A stretch of DNA of 64,000 nucleotides from Octopus sinensis. Lineage: Eukaryota. Under the pieces are notes generated by a model that was not told where the DNA came from, searched no databases, and worked only from the letters and a program-made list of their open reading frames with translations. Shown here one piece after another: positions 26,530-40,510 of the stretch (within the stretch, counting starts at the first letter, position 1; every line of letters starts with the position of its first letter). The stretch is taken from positions 6,696,001-6,760,000 of the forward strand of contig NC_043024.1 of the NCBI RefSeq assembly GCF_006345805.1. Direction: 5' to 3'. The translations under genes and the position numbers were made by a program.

Positions 26530-26760
26530 CAAACCACCAAAGATACATTCTTATTTATAGCACGTTGACAATTTGAAAAATATTTTAAAAGACCAGTTAT
26601 TTCTATACCTCGAAGTTTTGCCATTAATAATTAAATAAATTATTTGTGGATCTTCAGGAGAAACTGCTGGAAATGTATAATTATAAAATTCAATTACACA
26701 CCATAGACCAAAGGACACGTGTGCATATCGAGTGTTATCGTTATCCATCATGAACTCACT
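26530..26760 (-). mobile_element. Highly decayed Penelope-like GIY-YIG remnant
   Basis: Minus TCPL..G.C, IYL..GKT..RYRN.WSFK resembles the PLE pattern CPL.G.C...YIG.T...K.RY.NH..SF. Confidence 0.45.
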
Positions 26761-27076
26761 TCAGATGTCTTCATCCTATGTGCCAAGCCAGAATAAAACA
26801 GCAGTGAATAAAAATTCAGCAGTGAATTATTTGACTCAAGAATTAAAATATCTTTAATATGAATATATAAAGGTTAAAATTATTAAAAATATTAATTTAT
26901 ACCAGTGGCCAGCATGTGTAAAAATTTGTCCGTAGACCATAAAATATTTATATATATATATATATATATAAAACTCAACTTGTGTGTCTATGTTTGTATC
27001 TGTGTGTGTGTCTGTGTGTTTAACTTTTGGATCTACCAAATTTCATTATTAAGGATGGAAAGTAGTGTGTAGCAAA

Positions 27077-27466
27077 TCTATATATATAAAGCTGAAGTTG
27101 TCAGTGTATGGCAGGTTTGGTAGCCTTCAACTTACACTATCTCTTTCGAGACCCTGCAGCACAAGTTGACCAAAATTGAGAGTATGTTAGAAGAAGGCTT
27201 GCTCTTCATTCTGTAGAAGATAAAATTCAAATTGGACCATGTTAACACCAAAAATTATTTACATCAAAAAGGTGCTTTTTTTCTATGAAAATCCCTATTT
27301 TTTTACGATTTTTGACTGCTGTGTCACCATTTTTCGGTGTATTTCAACTGGAAAAATGTTCACTTGAAGAAAATAACAAGTTGCATAATGCAAAATTTTT
27401 ACTTTTCAAAAATTCCAATTCTAAAGGGTCGAAACAAACCCAAGCAACACCGGGTGATGCTACTAG
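27077..27466 (+). mobile_element. Non-autonomous Helitron-like element
   Basis: 5' TCTATATATATAAAG; 3' hairpin accc-aagcaacacc-gggt then CTAG; inserted between A(27076) and T(27467). Confidence 0.78.
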
Positions 27467-28394
27467 TATCTATATATATGTGTGTGTATAAATTACATAC
27501 TAAGAGGAGAACCACTACAATTGAATAGTGACATTCACCATCCAAATGCTAAAACTGTAGCCCTTACTTCTCGGCTCATACTTATATTTACAAACAATAA
27601 CAAGCCATCAAATTTTAATGACGTGATTCAAAGATTGTGGTTTTGATTCCTGGACCAAGCAATGGATACATATATGTATATATATATATATATGTTCTCG
27701 AACAAGACACTTCATTTCACGTTACTCCAGTTCAATTTAATTATCAGGCAAAAGGGAGTCGTCCTGTGACAACTAGCATCCCATCCAGGAGCACAATATG
27801 TACACCACAGAAATCAAAAAACCAGCCCTATGAGTCTATATGAACCTGGAAGGATCATTATTCTATTGGCTATATTCCATCATCCTTGTTTATTTCTAAA
27901 GGGGTGGCCACTGTCTGGCTTTGGCATGCCATCGGTGTGGCTGTCAGAAGCATTGTCCCTGTGTATAGCATGGTAAGCTTTTCTAGAAATAGAGGATTAT
28001 ATGTGTGTATGGCTGCATGCATGTGTGTGAGTGTGTGTATTTGTGTATGTACGCATGTATAGAAATACATACATATATACATATGCATATATATATTTCT
28101 CTGTCATTTATGAATTTGTATGAATAAATGTGTGTGTATCAGTGTGGGTATGTGGGTGTGTGTGTGTGGTGTGTGTGTGTGTATAGATAGATAGATAGAT
28201 AGATGGCTAGATAGATATGCAGATAGCTAGACAGGCAGATACTTACAGACATACATACATATGTATATATATATATCTATATATATGTATATAAGCAGAC
28301 ATATATAAATACATATATATATATATATACACACAGACATACATATAAATATATATACATATATAGATATATATGTTTATATACATATATATAT

Positions 28395-28434
<40 letters not shown>

Positions 28435-28449
28435 TAATATATATATATT

Positions 28450-28504
<55 letters not shown>

Positions 28505-28960
28505 GATAGATAGATAGATAGATAGATACAGATGCACACACCCATACATACACACACACACACCACACACACACACACCACACACACACCACACACACAC
28601 CACACACACACACACATGTATTTGTTGAATACAGAACAAATATTAAGACAATGAGCAAACAGAAAGATTGTTCAGATGAAAGGAGGCTGCATAAAAGAGG
28701 GTGTATATAAAGTAAGGTGTACAAAAGTAGGGTGTATAAAGAAGGGTTTATAAAAGGAAGATATAATGAATCTGACCCCGGCCTGGTTTTTAATAGACAA
28801 TGAAAGTTTTCTTAAGAACCAGGGGCAGGGTATGTGGGTGAGACCGAGTACAGGCTAAGTAGGGTGGCCTAAAGTGGAGTGGGGGAGTGGGAAAGCGGAG
28901 TTTTGAGTGGCTGTTGAGTGAATTATGTTCCATTAATATTCTGGGACACCCCCATTTGCC

Positions 28961-29007
<47 letters not shown>

Positions 29008-29119
29008 TTAGATATGGTGTGTGTGTACATATATTCTATTGATATTGTACTATATATTATACATATATACATACATACATACAACATACATACATACATA
29101 CATACATACATACATACAC

Positions 29120-29157
<38 letters not shown>

Positions 29158-29167
29158 TATATATATT

Positions 29168-29240
<73 letters not shown>

Positions 29241-30019
29241 TTATACACATACAAACACACAGACATACACAGACACACACATATGCATAATTTAAAATAG
29301 ACATATACATACACTTATATACATATGTATGTATATAAATATGTGTATATGTAAATGTATATATACACACACACACATACACAAGCAACATGAGTACGTT
29401 GCTGATGTATAAATAAATTTCTGTTTCTCTGGAAGTTTGTATTCATATATGTATGTATTTCTCTGTGTGTGTGTGTGTTGTGTGTGTGTGTGTGTGTTGT
29501 GTGTGTGTGTTGTGTGTGTGTGTGTGTGTTGAGTGCATATGTATATACTCAGAAATGTCATCCGCCAATGTAAAGATGGTGTCTAAACCAGAGACAATCC
29601 ATCCATTCTGCCCAACCCCTCTTGGTCCTTAGTAACAAAAACCTCCCAGTCACTCAACCAAAATATAGCCCCTTCCCTCCTTCTCCCCACTTCAACATTC
29701 AATCCCAGGGTCTACAACCCTTCAAATGAACTTACCCAGGGGCCTCTATCTCGTTAGTCTGCATGCTAGAAATAACAGCTAAACCTTTCTCAAATCATAT
29801 TGTGGTGCTGTTGATGGTGTTGTTGGTTTTGGTAGCGGTGATGATGATGATGGTGGTGGTGGTGGGGTGTGAGCGGTGATGTTGCTGGAGATGATGATGA
29901 TGATGCTGATGAGAATGTTGATGACAATGTTGCTACTTCTTGTGATGATTATGATGATGATGATGGTGGTGGTGTGGCAGTGTTGATGATGCTGATAATG
30001 TTGGGTATAAGCACCATGA

Positions 30020-30535
30020 CTACCACCACGACCATAACCATCACAATCACCACCACCACCACCACCACCACTACCACCACCACCACCACCACCACTACCA
30101 CCACCACCACCACCACCACCACCCACCACTAACCACCACCACCACCACCACCACCCCACCACTACCACCACCACCACCACTACCACCACCACCACCACCA
30201 CCACCACCACTACCACCACCACCACTACCACCACCACCACCACCATCACCATCACCATAACACCACCACTACCACCACCACCACCACCACCACCACCACC
30301 AACACCACCACTACCACCGCTACATCCGCCGCCGCCACCGCCACCGCCGCCGCCACAACCACCACTACCACCACCACCACCACCACTACCACCACCACCA
30401 CCACCACCGCTACCTCCGCCACCGCCACCGCCGCCGCCGCCACACCACCACTACCACCACCTCCGCCGCCGCCACCACCACCACCACACCACCACCAACA
30501 CCACTACCACCACCAACACCACCACCACCACTACC
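30020..30535. repeat. (ACC)n/(GCC)n trinucleotide array
   Basis: Direct read. Confidence 0.95.
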
Positions 30536-30540
30536 ATTTT

Positions 30541-30798
30541 TTCAATGTCTGCTTTAAGAAATGACAAATATTTCTATATCCTGGAATCTGCTGACCTCCA
30601 AACACCTTTTTTGGAATAGAATAAACATGCAGAAGCACTCCACTCCTCCTGTCTGTCCGTGTGTCTGTCCATGTGTGTGTGTGTGTGTGTGTTATTCCAG
30701 TTGTCATACAACACTCTCCTCTCTCTTATAACAAGAGAGAGCTGTGGACATTGTGGTGCCTCAGGAGAGACCAAACGTTAACATTGCCTCACTTTCAC

Positions 30799-30803
<5 letters not shown>
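30541..30803 (-). repeat. Dispersed microsatellite-carrying repeat, copy 2
   Basis: Reverse complement of 21114-21420. Confidence 0.85.
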
Positions 30804-30834
<31 letters not shown>

Positions 30835-30844
30835 TCTGTATATA

Positions 30845-30877
<33 letters not shown>

Positions 30878-31140
30878 TTATACTTTATTTATTAAAAGTA
30901 TATATATCTTTATATTCTTTTATCAAAACTTTTTGCAACTTTAATAAAAGCATATTACTCTGGCTTTGGTATTCAAGTACTAACTTTTCCACCTTGTTTT
31001 GCACTTATGTGCTCAACCTTGTGTGTGTGTAGATAGATATATACATATAAATAAATACATACATATATATATACACACACACACACGTATACACAAGTAA
31101 GCACATAGATGCAAAACAAGATGGAAAAAATAGTACTTAA

Positions 31141-31182
<42 letters not shown>

Positions 31183-31187
31183 GTAAG

Positions 31188-31232
<45 letters not shown>

Positions 31233-31274
31233 TGTTCTAGCATGGCCGCAGTCATATGACTGAAACAAATAAAA

Positions 31275-31307
<33 letters not shown>

Positions 31308-31309
<2 letters not shown>

Positions 31310-31626
31310 TGTGATCACCAGTGATCACCGTAACCGACCAGGCTATCAGATGTTGCTACACATCGCTGGTCACAATGCACTTCTCATTGTTTTAGCCTTA
31401 AATTGATGCCAACCCGCTGGCTAAGCGAGCAGGCCAACAGAAGAAAGAGTGAGAGAAAGTTACAGTGAAAGAGAACTGCAGGGATCGCCACCACCCCCTG
31501 CCGGAGCCTCGTGGAACTTTAGGTGTTTTTCGCTCAATAAACACTCACAACGCCCAGTCTGGGAATCGAAACCGCGATCCTACAACCGCGAGTCTGCTGC
31601 CCAAACCACTGGGCCATTGCGCCTCC
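31308..31626 (-). mobile_element. tRNA-derived SINE family D
   Basis: Minus head GGAGGCGCAATGGCCCAGTGGTTTGGGCAGCAGACTCGCGGTTGTAGGATCGCGGTTTCGATTCCC (A/B boxes), then a unique body. Confidence 0.75.
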
Positions 31627-31829
31627 ACACACACTCACACATATATATATATATATGTGTGTGTGTGTATGTGTGTGTGTGTGTGTGTGTATGTGTGTGT
31701 GTGTGTGTGTATATAGGAGCAGGAGTGTTGTAAGAAGCTTGTTTCGCAACCACATGGTTCCGGGTTCAATCCCACTGTGTGGCACCTTGGGAAAGTGTCC
31801 TCTACTATAACCTCAGGGCAACTGGTTAG

Positions 31830-34530
31830 ATGAGGTGCTGATGGAGGGACAATAATCTTCGAAATATGCATATACATCCATTACCTATTTCTTCTATCTT
31901 CAATCGCATTGGCCTCTCCAATTACGTCACACCATAGACCTCGATGTTTGCAAACAACTTGCACATGGAAGTGCTACCAGTCCGAGAAGTTCACATACTG
32001 GAGGCCAGAAAGTGTATGGTGTCATCAGGAGAGAATACGCGCCATTTCGGGGCCTACCTCTCGACAGCATCAGATCAACTGGTTATTAAACATATCTCAA
32101 CATTTTTCTAGCCATTGCTCATCGTCTCTTTTTAACCAAATCCAGTGGCTAGCCTTTTCTACTGTGGTTTGGATATCAGTCATGGAGGTATTGACTTTAC
32201 GATGAGTTAGGCCTAACGATAACAACAGTCTACATCTGACTTCAATTGGAAAATGCTCTGCTTTCCTGCCTGTGTCTTCATATTCTTCGAGGAGGTTTAA
32301 TTAACAGTCAATCTTTCGAGCCCGAGCAGTGTCCACGTTGTCTTCATGATTCACAACTTTCTTTCCTTCATATCACCTTAAAATGTCCGCTTTTTTCGTA
32401 CATGGGATGCGAAAGAGTCCCTGGCACCCTGATAAATCTGCAGTCGCCTCCCAATAGCCGTTCCACTTTTCATCTCTCACAGAAAGTTTGTTGTTCTTCT
32501 TGAAACGGACCCGCTGTCCTGAGCGCATGAAGGTAATGAAATCTCTAGTTGGTACTTTCAACAGTTTTTTTTCACTGTTGTTGATATTAATTTGGTTCTT
32601 TATAGCATTGAAGATAACCTTAAGGACCAAGTTGTGTCTCCATGTATACCTGTTCAGTGCTAATGAACAGTTGGAAAGAATGTGTTTCCGTGTTCTGACC
32701 TTTCTGCATTCGCATATATCATTCTCTGAGTCTTACTAGATTTGTAGGTGATGGCAAGACATCGTCGGATGAACAAATCAGAAAACTTAGCCGAGATGTG
32801 GTCCACCACCATGTCTCATTCTAACTTATTTTTCTCTCAACAATATGTTCTTCCCATCTCATCATCTGTCCTTGTTGAATACACTGGATCAAATGAAGCT
32901 CTCTTCTCTCTGCTTCCCTCATCAGATCTGCGTTTGCTCCGCATCATACTTGCAATAGACCTGAACTGATCTGTGCCAAAACTAAGTCCCTTCCGATGAC
33001 TTTGCATTCCACCCCCATATTTCGGTGTGTAAGAAAAGATAAGATGTCATTAGTCTCTGCTTCTGCTTTCCACTTCCTGGCTGTTTTCACCTTCGGTGGG
33101 TTACGCCTGATTTCCATGTCCTTCGACTCTCTCAATATCATCACCGTTTGTACCTTCCCCAGTTTATATATTTCGACTATTGACGCCAGTGCTAACTGCA
33201 ACAAGCCTCTTTTACGATAAAGAGCTCAACTGTTCAACTTCCGAGGTAGGCCTAGCCACTTTCTAATGAACACATTACATTTTTGTTCAGTGATCTGAAC
33301 TCTTGACAATGCTACCTGTATATTAAAAGTGGCCACGAAAGGCACGGATACAAGCCGAACTGTAAGCACCAAATTTTATATTTACCTGGTAACTGAGTTA
33401 TCAATCGCTGATAATCCAACCTCGGCTTGTTTTATAATTTCCGTTCCACGACTTCTATCTTCCAGCGTATACTCGTCCCAATCTCATGACGGGATCCTCT
33501 TTGACTGTTGGAATGCTTTCTTCAGCTATTCGAAACTTAACTTCTTTCTGCACTCCCTTAACAAATATCAGACTATGCAACTTTTTTGCTCTAAACCACA
33601 TCCTTGACCGCCTCACAAGCTCATCTAGTCTCAAGAGGGCATTCTGCATGATTTGCTTATCTGTAGATAAAAGTGTCACATCATCCATGAAGGCTTTTTT
33701 AGGCGATTTTACATGGGTGATTTGTTCAAAAAAATCCATGGCTTTGAAAATCATCTCCATGACTAAGACAAACCACGTGACAGATATTGTACAGCCAGCA
33801 GCAATGCCGATCTCCAATCGGTGCCAATCTGTTGTAAAATCTCCAGCTGTAAACCTCATCTCGAAACTGTCATCCTCATTATTTTGGTTATTTTGTCTGG
33901 AATGCTGAAGTGGTCCATGACTCTCATCAGTAATTCGTGTGGCACTGAGCCACATGCATTAGTTAGGTCAAGCCATACCACGTTCAGTCTTCTCTTGTTC
34001 TGTTTGGCATCCAGTGTTCAACACATCCAGAAATCCCAAAGATTCTGGCCTTTTGAACAGATTCATCAACATATCCATTACTCTGTAAATATGTCACTGT
34101 TCTCGACAGAATTCCCATAAGGATCTTGCCTTCCACATTCAATAAGGATATCGGCCTAAACTGTTTTATAGTCTCTGCATTGGCCTCCTTCTGCCTTACA
34201 CCAATCCTCTACAAGAGTCTCTTCACGCCGCGGCTGTCGGAGTAGGACAAAGAGTTTATTTTGCAGACAACTGCAATATTTCTAAACTTTATACGAGACA
34301 CCATCACCTCCTGGGGCACTTTTTGTTCTAGCTTTTCTTGCGAAATCATTCACTTCTTTCTCCCTGATGTTCCCAGTTTGAAATTCAATATCAGACTCTA
34401 AGAGATGCTTTAGCCCCTGTAGAGGGGGAAGTGGCTGGTTACGGTGCAGATCAATGTAGGTTTCTGTGATATGAGCATCCAATTCTTCTTTCGTGCATGG
34501 TAAAGTGCCACTCTTTGGTATTTAAACAAT
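31830..34530 (-). mobile_element. HERO-like (restriction-like endonuclease class) non-LTR retrotransposon remnant
   Basis: ORF 33455-33955 DWHRLEIGIAAGCTISV..F, KAFMDD; ORF 34282-34482 ARTKSAPGGDGVSYKV; ORF 32944-33204 TVMILRESKD.EIR..PP.VKTARKWKAE. Many stops and frameshifts. Confidence 0.8.
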
Positions 34531-34759
34531 ATGGTTGATTGGTTAGATGATTTGCTGTTGAAAGTCAATAAACTTCAAAATATGCATATACACCCATCAC
34601 ATATTTTTTCTATCTTCAATCACATTGGCTTATCCAATTATGTTACACCACTAGACCTAGTGTGTATTTAAACAATGTGCTTCTGGATGAAAGGACAATA
34701 ATCTTCAAAATATGCATATACACCCATCACCTATTTTCCCTGATTTGTCACTCTGGTCT

Positions 34760-34981
34760 CTTTTACTCTTTTACTTGTTTCACTCATTTGACTGCGGCCA
34801 TGCTGGAGCACCACCTTTAGTCAAGCAGATGGACCCCAGGACTTATTCTTTGTAATCCTAGAACTTATTTTATCGGTCTCTTTTGCCGAACTACTAAGTT
34901 ACAGGGACGTAAACACACCAGCATCGGTTGTCAAGCAATGTTGTAGAGGACAAACACACACACACACACACACATACACAC

Positions 34982-35026
<45 letters not shown>

Positions 35027-35196
35027 TATATACGACGGGCTTCTTTCAGTTTCCATCTACCAAATCCACTCACAAGGCTTTGGTCGGCCCCAAGCTATAG
35101 TAGAAGACACTTGCCCAAAGTGCCACGCAGTGGGACTGAACCCGGAACCATGTGGTTGGTAAGCAAGCTACTTACCATACAGCCGCTCCTGTGTCT
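34760..35196 (-). mobile_element. SINE family A, full length
   Basis: Colinear with 2855-3295. Confidence 0.9.
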
Positions 35197-35380
35197 ATTT
35201 AATTATGTTACACCAATTGATAACCTTAAAAAGTGAAATTATAACATTGTTAACACATAGTAGGGCATAGTATTGTCTTATAAACCTATAATATAACGAA
35301 ATACTGCTACCTTGCCAGCAATTAGACATTTTAGAAAAAACATGCTTAACTAATCTGCCAGAAACCACCATGGATTTATA

Positions 35381-35946
35381 TTGGGTTGTCCGGAAAGTTC
35401 GTGCCGATTTTTAAAGGAAAGGAAAAGGTCAATAAATACTTGCCATTACATTTTTAATCAACCAAATATGAACCATTTTGTTGCATAATGCATCTCCATC
35501 TTTCCATTAACTTGAAAATACCCTCTTCCCTGAATTGAGGTGGTTTCATGGCAAAGAATTCATCAAGGTATCTTTTTACGTCATCAAAGGAATTGAAATT
35601 TTTACCATTAAGACTATTCTGCAGAGACCTGAATAAGTGGAAATCTGAAGGAGCAATATCTGGTGAATATGGAGGGTGGGGTAACACATCCCAGCCAAGC
35701 TGCAGCAATTTTTGTCTGGTTCCCAAAGCATCAAGTGCTGAAAATGAACTTTCTTATCTTCCATTTTAAATGGTTACAGAATTAACACAGGTTATAGGAA
35801 CATAAACCTTCTTCCACGAAAAGATAGCTTAAACTGTGCTCTAAATGGAGGTGTAGTCAAATCCTATTTTATGGACTCAACCATGTTCTAAAATAAGTCG
35901 AAAGGTAAGCTACTATAAATCGGCACGAACTTTCCGGACAACCCAA
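35381..35946 (-). mobile_element. Internally deleted mariner (566 bp) with perfect 30-bp TIRs and TA TSD
   Basis: TTGGGTTGTCCGGAAAGTTCGTGCCGATTT at both ends; ORF 35454-35726 PHPPYSPDIAPSDFHLF. Confidence 0.95.
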
Positions 35947-37159
35947 TAGCATGATGCAGAAGAGCCTCCTTTATTTAAATCGCCATTTCTATAGCACAGG
36001 AGAAGTCAGTCAGGTGGTAATGGTGCTTCCATGTAGCTAAGGTCTTACCATTATGTTTTCGGTTAGTAGCATGTTTAGTTCAATACAAACTGTTTGCTGT
36101 TGATGTGTTTATCAAGAATGGAAAGGCATATGGCTTAGTGGTCAGTGCATTCTACTTACAATGCTAAGGTCATGAGTTCAATACCAAGTGGTGTGTTGTG
36201 CCCTTGGCCAAGAAGAAGGTTTTAATTTAAATCATTTTAAAACAGAAAGTTTTTATCATAGAACCAAAGGCAGTCCTGGGCAGGTTGATATCGAAAGGGT
36301 TAAATTATTGACCTTCCATCAAAATTCCATCTCAGTTTATGTTCCAAACACCAGCTTAATACGAACAATTCTTCATTATTTTGAAAATTAATTAAAACAA
36401 AGGCAGCAGCATACTTTGACAGGAATTGGGTAACAAATGGATTGAGGTGGTACCAAGTCGGGCTAAAACCAGGAACTACATTGTTGAGGAGTGACCTTAA
36501 CCACTTCAGCAGTACTCATAAGAGCTTAGTCTGTCTGGCATGAATTGGTGGCAGCAGCAGCAGCGGCGGCGGGGACGGTGGTGGTGGTAGTGGTGGTGGT
36601 GGTGGTGGTGGTGGTGGTGGTGGTGGCGGCAGTAGTGGTGGGGTCGGGGGGGGGGAGCGATGGTGTAGAAAGAAAATCCTTGTTAGAGCTAATATGATTG
36701 AGATAAATGGTGTTTGTCTTATTTTGTTTGTTTTATTTCTTTTCTGGTGAAACCCCACCCTTGGACCCTTGGATGACATCTCCTCTTCCAACACTTCATG
36801 CCGCCATCTTCTGATTCAACCACAATCATGACACCGCCCTGCAAGTCGACATCATCATCATCATCATCGTTGACATTGTTTTCATTGTTGTCATCAACAG
36901 CAGCAGCAGCAGTTGTTTATCTGCTTGTCTGTCTGCCTCTCTCTCTCACTCTCTCTCTCTTTCTATCTATCTATCTTTCTATCTCTATCTATCAATCTCT
37001 CTACCCCTCTGTCTGTATCTTTCCCTCTCTCTCTTTCTCTCTCTCTCAATCTATCTATATTCTATCTCTTAGTCTATATATATTCTTTCTCTGTCTTTCT
37101 CTCTATCTATCAATATTTATATCTATCTATCTATCCATCCATCCATCCATCTATATTTA

Positions 37160-37249
<90 letters not shown>

Positions 37250-39675
37250 ATATTCGTAGACCTGGAGGGTAGACTGGTTGTCCTGGATGTCAACGGCAGC
37301 GATGGGTGTGCTTTTCGACTCGTATCAGTCTACGCACCGCCCTTAACAGGTCGGGCGGATTTCTTTCAACATCTAGAAGTATTCCTAGGAACGTCTCGTC
37401 CTTTATTTTTAGTAGGGGATTGGAATGCTACCTTGGACATGCATCTAGACTACGTGGGCAGATATAAGAATAGACGAGGATGCAAATACCTCAGAGACCT
37501 GCTCAGATGCTTTCAACTGTTTGACAAGTACCAACTAGACCACTTGAATGCGCCAACGTAGACATGGAGCAAATGCATCAGGTCGTCAAGATCGTATCTA
37601 GATAGAATACTGTGTAAGACAGTAGATAGACATAGCGTAATGGGTACACAATTCCACATAGTCAGCTACACGGATCACAAACTTGTGACGTGTACACTAG
37701 ACTTAGATAAGGCACATGGACAGGGTCCCGGTTACTGGAAACTGAACGCATCTCTCCTGTCAAGACAGGGTTTTTAGAGACCTGATTAGCATGCTAGTGT
37801 AAAGGGCTTTGACGGGAGCCATCATCAACAACAAATGGTGGTTTGCCCTCAAGAGAGAAATAAAAGCTGAAGCGATTAGGTATAGCAAAGCGCTAGCGAT
37901 ACATAGAAACAAAATAGTGGGTGACCTAGTTAAGAAACTAGAAGAGGCGATAAGAAGTGGCATTACATCTGACGTATTGGCGGCGAGATTGGCCTTCGAC
38001 CAACACTTCAATGCCAAACACGAAGGGAATGTTGTCAGGACTAGGACGCATGCTCTAAGGAATGAAGGTGTTGGAGCCGTGTGAGAGGCCCAGGTGGCAG
38101 AGGCGCAACAGGGCAACAAAGCCACCATTGCGTCTCTGATGGATGAACAGCGGCACGAATTACTTGAGCCTAGTAAAATATGTGAGGCCTTTCAGCAGCA
38201 CTTTACCTGACTTTTTGGGACAGGTGGTGAGCAAGAACGCAGGGTGGACTTCAGTGCCTACTTGCATAGCCTGCCATGACTCTCGGCTAGAGAGGCAGAG
38301 TGTTGTGAAGGTGCCATCACAGCGGCGGATGTGTGAGATGCAATGACAGAGTGCATGAGGGAAAAATTGCCGGGTTTGGATGATCTGCCCTACAAGCTAT
38401 ACAATTGTATGCCAGACTTGTTTGGAGGTGTGTACTGCAACGGGCAGCAAAACAGGAGCATCCCCGATTTTGTGAGCCGAGGAGCTGCAATGCTGCTAAA
38501 GAAAGATCCAAACAAGGGAAATGTAATAGATAACTTTAGGCCCATCACTCTGCTCAATGCAGATTTGAACATTTTGGCCAAGGTGCTAGCCAAGAGGTTG
38601 GTACTTGTTATCGAGAAACTGGTTAACAAGGCGCAAACGTGTGCCATGCTGGGCTGGAGCATCCATGACAACATCCACCTCATGCGCTACATCATAGACA
38701 GGGTATTTAAGAAACCTGGCATGGGTGGGGCACTAATCAATTTGGATCAATTCAAAGCTTTCGATAGAGTAGACCATCGATACTTGGAGGCTGTCCTCAT
38801 AGCGGCTGGTTTTGGTCCCGTTTTCCCGCTGGATCACTGCCTTATACAAAGGCATCTGTTCAGTAATTCATGTGAATGGGCATCAATTGAGATCATTCGA
38901 CATTGCATGTTCAGTCTGTTAGGGATGCCTTCTCTCATCACTTCTGTACATATTGACACTTGACTGCTGCAGAAGCTGGCGATACTGAGGGGCAACCCGT
39001 GAGAATTGGGATACAGGACGAGCATGTCTGCGTATGCGGACAACGTCACCATCATAGTGTCTAGCCACAACCACATCGAGCTGGTCAGCGAAACACTGAA
39101 AAACTACGAAAAGGTAACAGGAACGAAAATGAACTGGGAAAAGTCTGTGGACTTGTTTCTTGGCACCTGGGGAAGCAAGCCCATGCCGTCCAGCAGTGCC
39201 TCCATTGGGGGATGCTGGACCAAAGGTCCGGTCAAGTTGCTTGGGATCTGGTTTGGTCCGGACCTCCAAATGAAGAAAAACTGGAATGAGATAATGATTA
39301 GGGTGGCCACTCTTGTCTGGCAATGGGCCGAGAGAAAGCTGTCCCTAAAAGGTCGGGTGGGGATGACAAACACGTACATCGCATCCATCATCTACTACCG
39401 CCTGACTGTCGTGCCTTGTCCTGACCCAACCATCACCAAACTGGAAAGCATCCTGTTCCACTTCTTGTGGAAAGGAAGCGTTCCGATGGTCAGGTGATCC
39501 ATTTGCTGCCAACACCCGCTAAAAGAAGGGCTGGGCATGCCATGGCTGATGATGCGCAGACACGCACTGAGACTGTGACATCTCCAGCTCTACATCAACG
39601 ACGGTGAACGGGTGTGGCCACCGTTTGTGAGACGTGCTTTCCTGCAGCTCGTCTCCATGACTGAACTGTGGACAT
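37250..39675 (+). mobile_element. Tx1/L1-clade LINE remnant (APE + RT), decayed
   Basis: Reading RLVSVYAP...LVGDWNATLD; ORF 38343-38963 FRPITLLNAD..ILAKVLAKRL, LDQFKAFDRVDH; ORF 39006-39497 SAYADNVT, VKLLGIWF, LSLKGR. Confidence 0.9.
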
Positions 39676-39690
39676 GACATAATATATCTT

Positions 39691-40510
39691 CACATATTAA
39701 AGTTAAGGTATATAACACATGCGTCCAGCCATCTTTGCTATATGGGAGCAAGGCATGAGTTATTCCCCGGAGGCATGTAAGGCAACTGGGACGATACTAT
39801 CAAATCTGTTTGAGAAAAATTTAGTGGATAAACTGGAAAATGGCCATTAGTAATGTGGAGATGCTTGAGAGGAGTGACAGTAGGAGTATAGAGTCAATGA
39901 CTTTGCAAAGACGCTTGGGGTGGGCGAGGGAATCTGGTAAGGATGAGGGATGATCAACTGCCCAAGCAGCTGGAAGATGGAAGATTGCAGGAGACCAGTG
40001 CAAAAGCCTCAACTAAGGTTTAAGGATTGCCTTAAAAAAGGCTTTAATACAGGAATTGCAGTTTGGTGATTGAGAGAGGGAGGTACAAGACCAGGATGGA
40101 TGGAGGAGGAGGACAGTGCATAGTGGTTGTTTGGGGTTTGAGAGGGAGAGAGTGAAGTATAAGAGAATTAGGAGGGGGCTTAGAAGGGGAAACCTGTGGA
40201 AAGTGAGAGAGTGTTGCTTTTTTGTGCGTGTGGTTTGTGGGTGGTGTTTGAGTCAAGCAGGCCTGATCAGTCATCAAGAATCTCACAGGAATCAACCCAT
40301 GATAAACATTGATGTGGCTATTACAATTCACAACAGAACATTGGTAAAATGTGGAAGGGTGTGCCTCTCAGTTGGAGGTCTGAAAAGACACGTTAAGGGA
40401 GTGCACATCGTGGCACCTGTTTCTCCTACCAGCCAGCACAGTTGTCCAGTATGTAATAAAATGTGTAAAACTTTGGGCCGGGCTTAGAAGTCATATAAGG
40501 GCATCACATA
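39691..40510 (+). mobile_element. RTE LINE 3' fragment ending in three C2H2-like zinc-finger motifs
   Basis: KVKVYNTCVQPSLLYGS, RRLGWA..LVRM, then CGWCLSQAGLISH..SH, CGRVCLSVGGLKRH...H, CPVCNKMCKTL-(frameshift)-GLRSHIRASH. Confidence 0.8.
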
